A stretch of DNA of 63,699 nucleotides from Octopus bimaculoides (lineage: Eukaryota): positions 112,845,808 to 112,909,506 of the forward strand of contig NC_068983.1 in the NCBI RefSeq assembly GCF_001194135.2, read 5' to 3'. Position 1 is the stretch's first letter. The number at the start of each line of letters is the position of its first letter. Under the pieces are notes generated by a model. That model did not search any database, was not told the DNA's origin, and saw only the letters and a program-made list of their open reading frames with translations. The position numbers were made by a program, and so were the translations under genes. Positions 1 through 12,500 of the stretch are shown in pieces.

Positions 1-33
<33 letters not shown>
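1..33. repeat. (TA)n microsatellite
   Basis: Pure TA run at the window start. Confidence 0.95.
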
Positions 34-36
<3 letters not shown>

Positions 37-39
37 GAG

Positions 40-182
40 TCTTTCAGTTTTCAAACAGCCAAATCTACTCACAAGGTTTTGGTTTACCTGAGGCTATAGT
101 AAAAGACACTTGCCTAAGGTTTCACTCAGTGGAACTGAACCAAGAACCATGTGGTTGCAAATCAAACTTCTCACACAGCCAT
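40..182 (-). mobile_element. SINE family A, 5' half
   Basis: Reverse complement matches the head of the family A copies at 3239 and 17095 (ggctgtgtg...cacatggttc...ggttcagt..cact). Confidence 0.7.
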
Positions 183-834
183 ACATACACCTATTTTTTC
201 ACATTGTTTTGAATATGTCTCACGTTATCTTGCAGCCTGTGATTTCAATGATGTGATTATTTAATCTTGGACTGATATTGTAGGGTAGGTTTGACAAGAT
301 GCATCTAGTCAATTTGAATATGAAACAGGCAGAACATTTGGGTTGGATATGACCAATTTAAATATTAAAGATTAACGTATTGTTAGATGAATTTGTTTAA
401 TGATTCTACCCTTACTATTCCAGCTCAATACATTTTATTGTTTTTGATGTAACAGCTGCTCTTCATTATGTTATTACTGTTTCTGTTGTTGATAATGTTA
501 TTTCTAATGATATTTTATTGAGTGACTGAACATTTTAAACTAAAGTTTATCCTGGTTTGCATTCATTGAAGGAACTGAGAGGATAAGGCTTTCTATGAAT
601 GGAAGACCAGTTTGTCATATGATTAAACCCTCCTCCCATTCATGTTGCTGTTGCTAGTGCTGATCTTTAGTTGTTTGGACTGAAACAATGTGAAGTTAAG
701 TGCCTTGCTCAAGGAGACAATGTGCCACCTGTTCTGGGAATCAGACTCACAACTGGACATTTATTATGAGCCCGGCACTTAAATCACTATGTCATAAACC
801 ATCCCTCACTATTTTCATTGAACAAACTGAAGGA

Positions 835-1145
835 AATGAAGAAGAACAAGAACAAGAACAAGAAGAAAGAGGAGGAGGAGGAGGCGACGATGATGATGAT
901 GATGGTGGTGGTGGTGTTGGTGGTGGTGGTGGTGGTGGTGGTGGTGATGATGGCGATGTTGAGCCCAACACTTAAATCACTATGTAACAAACCATGCCCC
1001 TCTATTTGTATTGAAGGAACTGGAGGAGGAGGAGGAGGAGGAGGAGGAGGAGGAGGAGGCGGAAACGACAATGATCATGAAAAGGCTGGTGATGATGATA
1101 GAAATGTCGACCATGATGATGACAACAACAATGGTAATCATGAGG
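835..1145. repeat. Mosaic trinucleotide block (GAA/GGA/GAT/GGT) with a local ~65-bp duplication
   Basis: Simple repeats; tgagccc..cacttaaatcactatgt..aaaccat occurs at ~767 and ~960. Confidence 0.85.
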
Positions 1146-1579
1146 ATAGTGAAAGATGTGTGGTTTTCGTGTTAATATGATAATTATTCATGTTAATGTC
1201 GTGTTAATTTTCCATGTACATGGTGCAATAGTTGTCCAACTTAATGCTGCATTAATTGTTAATGTTATTAATTTTAAATTTTGATAGATTTATTTTTTGT
1301 GTGTGTGTGTTTTATGTTAATTTCATACTAATGTCTCAACAGTTTTTCAGGTTAATGGTGTGATTGCTCTTTACCAATGAACAAATAAGTCATAAAATTG
1401 CTGCTAAAACTTCTTGTAACTAGGAATAACAAAACCGAAATATATTTATCATAATATAATGAATGACTAACAAAAATTACCTCCAACTGTTGTTGCATTG
1501 CAGGTGATTTGGAAAGCTGCACATGTTTGGATGATTACCTTACTTTAATACCTGTTAGATTCTTTTGTCTTCTATCGGT

Positions 1580-1821
1580 TATCTTTAACTCATTTCAGTC
1601 ATTAAACTGCGGTCATGCTGGGGCACCACCTTAAAGAATTTTAGTTGAGTGAATCAAGCCGAGCACTCATTTTTGTTTTGTTTGTTTGATGCGTATTCTA
1701 TCTGTTTCTTTTTGCTGAACCATTAAATTATGAGGATATAAACACACCAACACCAGTTGTCAAGCAGTTGTGGGGGACAAATGCAAGATGCAAACACACA
1801 CACACATATCTATGTATGTAT

Positions 1822-1857
<36 letters not shown>

Positions 1858-1990
1858 GACAGGCTTCTTTCAGTTTCTATCAACCAAATCATCTCACAAG
1901 CTTTGGTCAACTTAGGTTTATAGTAGAAGGCACTTGCCCAAGGTGCCATGCAGTAGGACTAAACTCAAACCCATGTAGTTAAGCAGAGAC
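1580..1990 (-). mobile_element. SINE family A (tRNA-like head, central microsatellite)
   Basis: Colinear reverse-complement similarity to 3239-3694. Confidence 0.8.
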
Positions 1991-2094
1991 CATACTAAAT
2001 TGTATGATATGATCTCTTGTCTGGTTAAAGCCTGTTAAATACTAATAATATAGAACAGCTGAATCAATTAAGTATAACTCTATATTTCAGAAGT

Positions 2095-2330
2095 GGCAGC
2101 ATGTGGCTTAATGGTTAGGATGTTGGACACATGATCATAAGTTTGTGGTTTTGATTCCTGGACAAGGTTATGCATTGTGTTCTTTTTGTATTGCTGCAGT
2201 CCACTCAGCTGGCAAAAATGAGTAATTCTGCAATGGACCAATGTCCTGTCCAGGTGGGGAATATATATGCTATGGAAATTAGGAAACCAGTCCTATGAGT
2301 CTATATGACTTGGGAAGGAACTTTATTTTA
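2095..2330 (+). mobile_element. tRNA-derived SINE, family D (degenerate)
   Basis: A-box-like tggcttaatgg and B-box-like ggttttgattcc at tRNA spacing, followed by a SINE-like body. Confidence 0.5.
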
Positions 2331-3238
2331 CTTCACTTTACTACATTTCAGAAGATTTGATGATGAGTCCAGGTTGAAATATATAAATAAATTTTAAGCT
2401 TCTAGAAATATTCATACTCCATTATTTAAAGCAAATATTTAGTTCAACATAGCCATTTCCATGTTTTTATTTATTTTTACACTAATGTTCCATTGTTGGA
2501 TTACTGAGAACATTCTAGTTAAAATAAATATATTTATAGTTGAGTGTCCATCCTTCTATTAACTACTCAATAATAATTTAGAGAAACTATAGAGACAAAA
2601 TATTGAGAAGAAGGCAAAACTCTTTTTCAAAGGTTATACAATATTCTAAGAAATGCATTAGAACTCATTCAAATATACAGATTCTTATTAATTGACTTTT
2701 GCCAACACATGTGTCCACTAGTTTTGCCAGATACTATTCTTTTTATTAACAGGCAAGCAAAGTTGTATACTATGTACATAACTACAAAATAATATCTACA
2801 GTTGTAGTAGGATTTGAAATCATAATCATGAGCCTCTACCAAACCACTGTGCTACAGATTCATCCTCTAAGCAAAGATTAAATGAGAAAGGATTTCAGAA
2901 GCAAATGTATATAACAGGGGGGAAAAAAGAGATAAATATTTTGTTTTCTTTTATCTTTTGTTTTATATTTATTTGAAGAAATGTAATTTGATTTCACCAT
3001 TGAATAAATATCAACAATAAATGGCAATAAGGGCTCTTTTGATGTCTCTCATTTCATAAGGTTAACGAAATGAAATTGCCTACAACTACAAAGCTACAAA
3101 CCTTATGATAATTAAATTAAATTACTAAATATAACCCTGCATATCTCCTCCTGGCTAACATTTCATATTATCATAAATATTTATTATCATTATTCTTAAT
3201 TCTAATCATTTATTATCATCATCATCATTATCATTATC

Positions 3239-3694
3239 GGAGTGGCTGTGTGGTAAGTAGCTTGCTTACCAACCACATGGTTCTGGGTTCAGTCCCACTG
3301 CGTGGCATCTTGAGCAAGTGTCCTCTACTATAGCCTCGGGCTGACCAAAGCCTTGTGAGTGGATTTGGTAGCTGGAAACTGAAAGAAGCATGTCGTATAT
3401 ATGTATATATATATATATATNNNNNNNNNNNNNNNNNNNNNNNNNNNNNNNNNNNNNNNNNNNNNNNNNNNNNNNNNNNNNNNNNNNNNNNNNNNNNNNN
3501 NNNNNNNNNNNNNNNNNNNNNNNNNNACAACCGATGCTGGTGGGTTTACGTTCCCGTAACTTAGCGGTTCAGCAAAAAGAGACCGATAGAATAAGTACTA
3601 GGCTTACAAAGAATAAGTCCTGGGGTTGATTTGCTAGACAAAAGGCGGTACCCCAGCATGGCCGCAGTCAAATGACTGAAACAAGTAAAAGAGT
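3239..3694 (+). mobile_element. SINE family A, near full length (spans an N gap)
   Basis: Head tggctgtgtgg ... gggttcagtccc; internal TA tract; 3' hairpin cagtc-aaat-gactg then aaacaagtaaaagag. More than 10 homologous copies in the window. Confidence 0.85.
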
Positions 3695-3960
3695 ATTATT
3701 ATTAGTATTGTTATTATTATGGCAGATAGTTGGTTGGCAGAGTCATTTCAATATCAGACAAAAAGCCTTGATGTATTTAGTTGCATGTATTTAGCTCTGA
3801 GGTTGTATCTAATGTACCTGACTGGCTCTTTCATACTTCATATAGTTAGTAAAATACCTCTTAAGTACTGATGTTGAATTAATTGATTAATCTCCTGTCT
3901 CCCTAAATTTCTAGCCTTGTGCCTTATATTTGATTCCCTTCTCTGGTTTTATTATTATTA

Positions 3961-4138
3961 TCTTCTCTTTATCACAAGTTTTGTTGGAGCTCCTGGAGTC
4001 TTATATGCATAGCGGGCTTACTACCTGCAACCTACAGTGCTGTGCAATTCATTCTTTTCAGCTATCTAATACTTTTCTGATTATTCTGGCTGTGCCAAAG
4101 AGGCAAACTTTTTGTAACAGTTCTACTGGGCACTGCAC
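3961..4138 (-). mobile_element. R4/Dong-clade LINE 3' end in a (TAA)n tract
   Basis: Minus strand reads VQCPVELLQKVCLFGTARIIRKVLDS*, the LQK..L.GTARI.RKVL C-terminus of RLE-type LINEs; TTA repeats on both sides. Confidence 0.75.
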
Positions 4139-4146
4139 TATTATTA

Positions 4147-4195
<49 letters not shown>

Positions 4196-4197
4196 CA
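4139..4197. repeat. (TTA)n microsatellite
   Basis: Direct reading. Confidence 0.95.
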
Positions 4198-5030
4198 TTG
4201 TCTTTCAATTTTGTTTCCATTTCTTGTCGAGAGTCTTCCCAACACTTAGGGCAAAGAAACTCACTGTATACATTGGTAGGCCATCAAAATAAGCACGAGA
4301 TTGTTCATTTGCGAAGTCGTGTGATAGAAAAAAAGGTGAAAGACAGAGGAATGAAGGAAAAAAAAAAAAGAAGAAATGAAAAGAAAAAAACAGAGAAAAT
4401 AAAGGGGGGAAAAAAAAAGAAAATTCACAGCACCAATATTCTTTTCAATACATGTAATGTACCACTTAAGACAAACTTTTTGGTACTTCCAGCATAGATG
4501 GTAAGCTAGGGATCATCCTCAAATGATTTTCAGTTTCCCTTTTTTAATCATCTCATGTATTCCTACAATCATTTGTAGTGTAACCATCTTGAGATGCCAC
4601 ATTTTTTTTTTTTATTTCAATCAGCAAATCCTTATATTTTTCTGAGCTTATCAAATACTTTTGCCAAGATACTATGATTACAAGGTATACTCATGTCAAT
4701 CAATGAACAGATTTTATTGTTTTGGTCTTTTGCAACAATAACTGGTTTATTAGCTTTGATGGCTCAGTCTGTATGTACTGGAAAGTCGCAAAGAATCATT
4801 ACATTTTCTCCCTCTGTTACAGCCTCAGGGTGGTGCTTGTACCATTTGTCAGCAGTCTTGATTTTATAATGCTAGCATATTATCCAGTGTAGATATTAGT
4901 CAACTCTGTCGTGTCTTGATTTATACTCTACTGGTGCTAAAACCTTACACCCAGAGATTAGGCAGTCCACTGTTTCAATCTCATTAATTATTATTATTAT
5001 TGTTGTTGTTGTTGTTGTTGTTATTATTAT

Positions 5031-5364
5031 TCCTTCGTAACACAGTGTTTAGTCACCTGTCAAGTCACAACAAGGACCTCAGACAGATAATACTTTCCTT
5101 AAGATGTGTACTGTGCCCAATAAGGCTGCTTTTTGCAAGACATCAATCTTGCATGGGATTTCCAGTTGCCTTAAGAAGTTTTGAAGTTTCAATGGGATTG
5201 AGCCCAGGACTCCGATCACCACTGGTATCACTTTTACATTACCCTCTCACATTCCATACAGTCTTACCATTTCCACTTTCAATTCAGAGTACTTGATGAT
5301 TTTTTTTCAACCTCTTTGCTCACAACATTCATGTCATTTGGAATGGCTACATCAATGACCTGAC
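5031..5364 (-). mobile_element. R4/Dong-clade LINE 3' fragment (restriction-like endonuclease C-terminus)
   Basis: IDVAIPNDMNVVSKEVEK [frameshift] IIKYSELKVEMVRLYGM*EGNVKVIPVVIGVLGS...LQKAALLGTVHILRKVLSV*; flanked by TTA/TTG repeats. Confidence 0.85.
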
Positions 5365-5365
5365 T

Positions 5366-5398
<33 letters not shown>

Positions 5399-5401
5399 AT
5401 T

Positions 5402-5625
5402 AAGGCGGTGTACTGGAAGACCTGTTAGATGACTGGGCAAAATACTTAGTGACGTTTTGCCTGTCTTCACAATCTGAGTTCAAATTCTGCCAAGGTTGAC
5501 TTTGCCTTTCATCCTTTTCAGTTTGATAAAATTAGCACCAGCTGAGTACTGGGGGTTGATGTAATTGACTTACCCGGTCCCCAAAAATTTCAGGCTTTGT
5601 GCTTTTAGTAGAAAGGATTATTATT
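5402..5625 (+). mobile_element. SINE family B variant
   Basis: Core tctgagttcaaattctgccaaggttgactttgcctttcatcc shared with 17973 and 47485. Confidence 0.75.
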
Positions 5626-6502
5626 ATCGTTGGTGTTATTATTACATCTGCTTTAGGAAAACTTTCCCATCATTTATGGGAGGAACACAGTGTCAGTTTG
5701 AAAACTAAAATAAGTGTATACGAATCTTGTATTTTCAGCACACATTTGTACAACACAGAAGCATGGATGCTCTTCTAAAGATATATAAAAAAACTTGAAA
5801 CATTTCATATGTGCTGTCCACACAACATCTGCAATATAAAATGGCAAAATAACAAATGTCAAAAGGTTAGGAAAATGTGTTGTCTCCAGTATCAAAAAAC
5901 ATGCTGTTGAGAATTCAATGTAGATGGTTTGGACATGTTGCTTGAAAGCAAGGTTATCACATTCCCAAAATTCTTTCCCTTGGCTAACAAGTGCAGGGAT
6001 TCTGCAGTATAGGAAAACTCCTTCTTAGGTATCAATCACTAAAATCCCTACAGCTTAATTTATCATCTCAGGAAAGTTATTACCTAGAAAGATCTGAGCA
6101 GTGTAAAATGTGTCATGATGCATCTACACAATTTACGTTGAAGAAATAGAAAAATAAAAGAATTATACCCTGCAATCAATAGACACATTTGTCCAATCAT
6201 AGGAAAAATCAGAATCATCATTGTCCCCATAGTGACTTGCAAAATCTATACCTGGATTCGGATTACATTCATGCATCCATCGTAAATAGATACAACTTCT
6301 TTATATTTTAATTCTTTCATTCTTTTTTCTTTTTAATCCTTTCTTTCAAACGTTCATATGTCAAAATTGATGAGAGTAACCATCATTATCATTGCTATTG
6401 ACTTTTGTAGCCATTAACAAAAAGCACCCTCCTCCTCTGCTTCATCATCATCATCAGCAGCAGTAACATCATCATTATTATTATTATTTTATTATTTATA
6501 AT

Positions 6503-6700
6503 GTGGTGAGGTGGCAGAATGCTAAGCAACATTTTGTTCATCTTTACATTTTGAGTTCAAATTCTGTTGAGGTTGACTTTGCCTTTTATCATTTAAGGGT
6601 CCATAAAATAAGTACCAGTTAAGCACTAGTGATAATGCAATCAGTTTACCTCTCCCTGAACTTGCTGGCCTTGTGCCAAAATTTGAAACCATTACTATTA
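6503..6700 (+). mobile_element. SINE family B variant
   Basis: Same core as 5402; head ggtgaggtggcagaat. Confidence 0.7.
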
Positions 6701-7430
6701 TTATTATAATCAACATCTGAGTATGCTCTCCTTTATATGCAAGTAATACAAAACAAAACACAGAAACACAGAAACACCTATCTACTTCCCCTGGTTCAGA
6801 GCTCATGAAATCAAAAACCCCTTCAGCGGGTGAAAGCCTGATGAAATCATTCCAATTTCTTTTTGGGAAGAAGATGAGGAAACATCAGGTACAAACAAAC
6901 AGGTGTCAAATTGAAGGCAATGAGATACGATAGAAGGACAGAAAATCCCCCACAAAACCACTTGCCAAAAATAGGAATAACATCATCATCATAACAACAA
7001 ACCCAACTCTTACAAACATTCACAACCACAAATTCACAAAAAATGACATATACAGAAAAAAAAAAATTCAAACATGACTGACAGTCATGCACCCACACAG
7101 ATATCTCCTTTATCAACTGAATTATTGTTCAGAAGAGTAACATTGATTCGATTGAAGAGGTAGCCAGCAGCAAAAATATTCTGATGAATGAGGAAGGTTT
7201 CCCTGAATTCCTACTAAAAACATTCTCAGTCAGATTGCTTATGCAGACTGGTTCTGAGACTTATTTTGTCCTAAAAGCAAAATACCCTCAAGACATTAGT
7301 GAGTTTAGTGAATGCCCCAATCAAAATATCCAAGAAAACTCTTTTCTATTTCCTCCTCAACCCAAGTGAAGGCCGGATCAACAGGCACCCTCAGGAACTA
7401 AAGTAAAAAATCTCTTTGTTTCTTTTCTCT

Positions 7431-7920
7431 GATGTAAATGGCTTAGAGTAAATTGTGTAGATATTCAGACCTGGTTTTGATCTGGAAGCAATGTTACTTG
7501 CTGAACGACCTCAGAACACTAGATGTAGATATCACAGCCATAAGTGAGACAATGATTTCTGGAGCACGCACCCTGACACCCATTTTTTGTCTCCTGATCT
7601 TTTGGGATTGATTTTTGGAGTGGCAATGCTGTTCTCGAAATCCTGGAACCATGAGGAGGTAAGTTGGTGATCCTGGATGTCAATGGCAGAGAAGATGATG
7701 CATTCAGACATGTAGCCATCTATGCCCCGACTAGGACAGGTTAGTCTCTGATTTCTTCAGGCATTGAGAAATTTTCTGAAGAACTTCACATTTTTTTTAC
7801 TATTAGTGGGGGACTGGAGTTGTATTTGAGATGAATGATGAGATTGTGTGGAACAAACACATTTGAGGAGGAACTGCAAAAGCCCTGAGCACTCACTTGG
7901 ACATTTCCAACAGTCTGACA
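7431..7920 (+). pseudogene. Degenerate AP-endonuclease of an L1/Tx1-like LINE
   Basis: Motifs in order: DVNGLR, LLNDLRTLDVDITAISET, GGKLVILDVNGREDDAFRHVAIYAPT, LVGDWSCI; stops and frameshifts between them. Confidence 0.65.
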
Positions 7921-9388
7921 ATTACAAATTATATTTCCCATAGTATGGATATGAAGCAACTACTTCAGCCAATTCTGATCATATTTAGATAAAGTTTGCA
8001 TTAGTTCAGCAGACAGGGAAAACATTGGATGTCTACAATTTAAACTGGTTACCTATACAGATCAGAGACCTAATCTCAGTGCTTGCAACAGAGTAAGTCC
8101 TATTAAAGATATACAAGGGTTAAGATATATTACAATGCATCTGTCATTAACTCTTTAAATCCAACCTATCTCAGTCTATTTTTTTTAATTAGTTGGTCTT
8201 TGGTACATGATTAGTGTTAATATAATAGGGCATATATAGTTTTTTTTTTTCATATTTCATGTTTGAAAGCTGCCTGGTACAGTTAGTTTTATCAATGCTT
8301 AAATATTTGCAGCTAGAAGATCAACAAATTTGTAATCTAAGCTGTTGATTATAATTACACAACATTACATGTGACAGGTTGCTTACTTTAAACTTTATGG
8401 CAAAATAATATCTATGAATATCCATTGGGATGTATGATATTGCTTACTTCATGTGCCACATTTCTATTTTATCTTATTTTATAATTTCAGACAAATAAAA
8501 CTACCCAGCATTGCAAAATCACATCTGGAACGTAGTATTGGTTTGTTATATTACATTATATCATGCTATATTCAAAAGTTCTCTTATATGAATAAACAAA
8601 TTAGCAATATCTCTTTCCTCATAAGTTCAAGAACAAGTATCACAGATAAACTTAAAGTAGAACTTGCTTCAGGTACACACTCAAGCATTCTGTGATATGA
8701 AGTCAAATATCTGTGTCTGACCAGCTCTAGATTGTAGTTTTCAAAATCATAATCTTAACTTATAAATAGAATCCTTTACAATAAACGCAAAAAACTAAGC
8801 TGAAGTTGCTGAGCAAAGATTATAACTCAAGCACTATGTTTAAGAATAGCAAAAAATATTAAGTTCTGAAGAAGGCCACAAACTTTATGGGAGGAGACAT
8901 TTCATTATGTTACTCCCAGAATTTGACTGGTATTTATTTGATTCACCCTTGCACAGATGGAAGGCAAAGGTATTTAAGTAGAATTTGAACTCAAGATGTA
9001 CTGAGATCTAGCTGAAAGGATACGAATCTCAGAAGTCAGAAGATGCTCAGATAAGCAGTTTTGTCTTCTCAACCTCGTTCATCTACTCTTCTATCTCTGC
9101 ACAGATCATAAACATCTTATTAGTTCATTTCATTATTCTGTCTATTTCATTACCATGTAAACATGTAAATATAGTTTCAATAGTTTCATCTTCCTTGTAG
9201 TTGCCTTAAGATAACCTTAATTCACGCATATCCTTAACTGCCACATATTCATTTATTCAAGTTTATCACACAGTCACTTATTTCTCTAATTTTGTCATAA
9301 ATTGGCTGACCGAAAACTCTAAGATTCTTCAATTCTATTTTACTATCATCGACATTTGCTGTTTCATTAAATTATGCTACCCAATTCC

Positions 9389-9485
9389 CAAAAGAATATT
9401 TTTCTCCCTTGTGTTCTGACCGCCCTAACTCTGGCACCCCCTCTCTCTCTCGGCCTCATTCTGTCTCTCTCTCTCTTGGCCTCAC

Positions 9486-9516
<31 letters not shown>

Positions 9517-12500
9517 TCTGATTACCACTTGCTTCACCAAGACTTCCTCCACCACCACCCTATATAAACTAACACACACACTCGGATTCCCCTACTCGAT
9601 TTTTAATACCTCTGCCGAAAGAATTCGTATCCAGAAGATGCTCTTGTCTAAATTTGCTAGTTCACGGTACACCCGCCCTCTACCTGTACCGGAAGTTCCT
9701 ATCCTCTGTCATCCTTTGGTTGTCTCCTGTGAAAACTTCTAAAGGCTTTACACCATTCCCACCCCTACTTAGGGCTTATCTCCTATGTAAGGTAGTGATC
9801 ATATAGTGCATAAATATGATGGTGTTGTGTATGTCAGTTGAATTGAAGGCTATTGTTTGTTTATGAATTCTGCCAAATGCGAGCTTTCTTTTCAGGTACA
9901 TGACACTGCTGTCCTCCGTCCCAGGGTCTCGCGGGCCCACACCTCCCACACCTTCAGGGTTGGGACACTGAACGTCGGCACACTGAAAGGTAGGTCTGGT
10001 GAGATTGTTGAGATGCTTGAATGGAGATGTGTCGATTTGTGCTGCCTCCAAGAAGTAAGGTGGAGAGGAGGTTTTGCTATGTTCCTCACAGACAAAGAAC
10101 ACCAGTACAAGATTTTCTGGGCAGGGAACACTGACGGGGTTGGGGGCGTGAGTATACTTCTTGCAGAGAAATGAGTTGATAAGGTAATCGAGGTAGACAG
10201 AGTATGCAACAGAATTCTTAAGATTAGATTAGTGCTTCATCATGGGTTAGCAACCATTATCTCGGCCTATGCCCCTCAGCTGGGGCTACCTGATGGACAG
10301 AAAGACCGATTTTATGACACCTTCTTGCAGACCACCTCGTTGATAAATGACAGGGACCTTCTCTTTGTGGCTGGTGTCTTCAATGAACATGTCGGACAAC
10401 ACACAGGGGGCTTCCATGGCGTACATAGAGGCTATGGTTTTGGTTCCTGCTATGAGGAGGGAACCAGGCTGCTAGAGTTTTGCAATGCAAATAATCTTAT
10501 GGTTTGCAATACTAACTTCAAGAAACCTGCCAGTCACCAAGTTACCTAGTCACCTACCGTTCTGGCAGACACACTAGCCAAATTGACTACATCCTCACCA
10601 GAAAAAGGGAAAGATGGCTGCTTATAAATGCCAAAACCTTCCCAGGCGAAAAATGTACCTCACAATATAGATTAATAGTTAGCAACTTCAGGATCAGTGC
10701 TAAATGGATGCTCAGAAGACAACAAGCATGGAGGAGGAGGATCTGGAAGCTTAAAGATCCTGCGAATGGACAGAGATCTAGAGATGTATTACTCGAAGCC
10801 TTTGACGAAATAGAAGGGGATATAGCTTCACATGATGTGGAAGACAACTGGAGGTTTCTACGAGACAACCTGTTGAGGGCCACTGATCAGATCTGTGGAT
10901 GGTATAACATCCCCTCTCAACCCAAAATAATGTGGTGGTGGAACGATTTTGTTTACAGGACAATTAGAGAAAAGAAACAGGCTTAGAATGACTGGAAGAA
11001 CGGTGGTAGCATGGAATTGTATCAGACGGCCCGAAGGGAAGCTAGGAGACAGGTTTATTGAGACGGAGGGGATGCAGATAAGAAAAAATTTGCCAGTGTT
11101 CTGCACCGTAAGGACCAAAGACTTGAGGTATTTTGTGTTACAAGACAGTGTGTGAGAGAGAATCATGATGTCGTAGGAGAGAAATGTGTGCACATGGATG
11201 ATGGTTCACTTGCACTAAACGAGACTGCAAAGAAAGAGGTTTGGAGACGCCACTATGAAAGGTTGCTCAATAAAGAGAATGAATGGGAGAAAGCGAGTCT
11301 GCTGAATATCGACCCAACAGATGGACCAGTTATCCAAGTTGACAGTACCTTGGCAGATAAAGCAATTAAGAGTATGAAGACAGGGAAAGCCTCCGGCCCA
11401 TCAGGAATCACTGCAGAGATGCTCAAAATATCTGGCGATGTTGGCTATAGCCTAGTCACCCTTATAGTTAATCAGGTGATACACGAAGGAGTCATGCCCA
11501 ATGGCTGGTATAGCAGCACCATAGTCAACTGCTATAAAGGTAAAAGTGACACTTTAGATACAAATAATTACAGAGGTATCAAGTTGTTGGAACAGGTAAC
11601 GACAGTCACAGAGAGGGTCATAGCCCAACTAAATAGGGAGAAAGTCAGTTTAGATGAGATGCAGTTTGGGTTCATGCTAGGGAAAAGCACCACTGATGCT
11701 ATATTTCTGGTAAGACAGCTGCAGGAGAAATACATAGCCGAAGATAAACCTCTGTGCCTGGCTTTTGTTAACATGGAGAAAGGCTTTAACAGGGTCCCCC
11801 GATCCCTTATCTGGTGGTCAATGAGGAAACTAGGGATAGATGAATGGTTAGTGAGAGCTGTGCAAGCCATGTATAGAGATGCTGTCAGTAAGGTGGGGGT
11901 GGGTGCACTGAAAGTGTAGCTGCTAGAATAAGAATAGCTTGGGCAAAGTTCAGAGAGCTCTTACCTCTGCTGGTGACAAAGGGCCTGTCGCTCACAGTAA
12001 AAGGCAGACTGTATGACGCATGTATACGAACAGCCATGCTACATGCAAATGAAACATGGGCCGTGACTGCTGAGGACATGTGTAAGCTTGCAAAGAATGA
12101 AGCCAATATTCTCTGCTGGATGAGTAATATCAGTGTCCATACTTGACAGAGTGTAAGTACCTTGAGAGAAAAGTTGGACCTAAGAAGCATCAGATGTGGT
12201 GTGCAAGAGAGACGACTGCGCTTGTATGGTCATATGGTGAGAATGGATGAGGATAGCTGTGTATAAAAGTGCCACATCCTAGCAGTTGAGGGAACCTGTG
12301 GAAGAGGTAGACCCAGGAAGACCTGGGATGAGGTGATGAAGCATGACCTTCAAACATTAGGCCTCACCAAGGCAATGACTAGTGACAGACTTTTGGAAAC
12401 ATGCTGTGCATGAGAAGACCCAGCAAGCCAAGTGAGACCATAACCCGTGGCCTATGCCAGGGGTGTAACCAGCCCACTTGTGAATACCTTTCCTTCATTG

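Noticed and set aside
700-1180. ORFs rich in G, P, D, E or V
   Set aside because: They are translations of trinucleotide microsatellites and are open in several frames on both strands.
3660-3694. Hammerhead in the SINE family A tail (cagtc-aaat-gactg-aaac)
   Set aside because: A hairpin and GAAAC are present but there is no CUGANGA upstream; more likely a LINE-recognition stem-loop.
9600-9790. HDV-like ribozyme in the RTE 5' UTR
   Set aside because: Known for some RTEs, but I could not assemble a convincing nested double pseudoknot by eye in copy 1 or copy 3; it needs a descriptor search.
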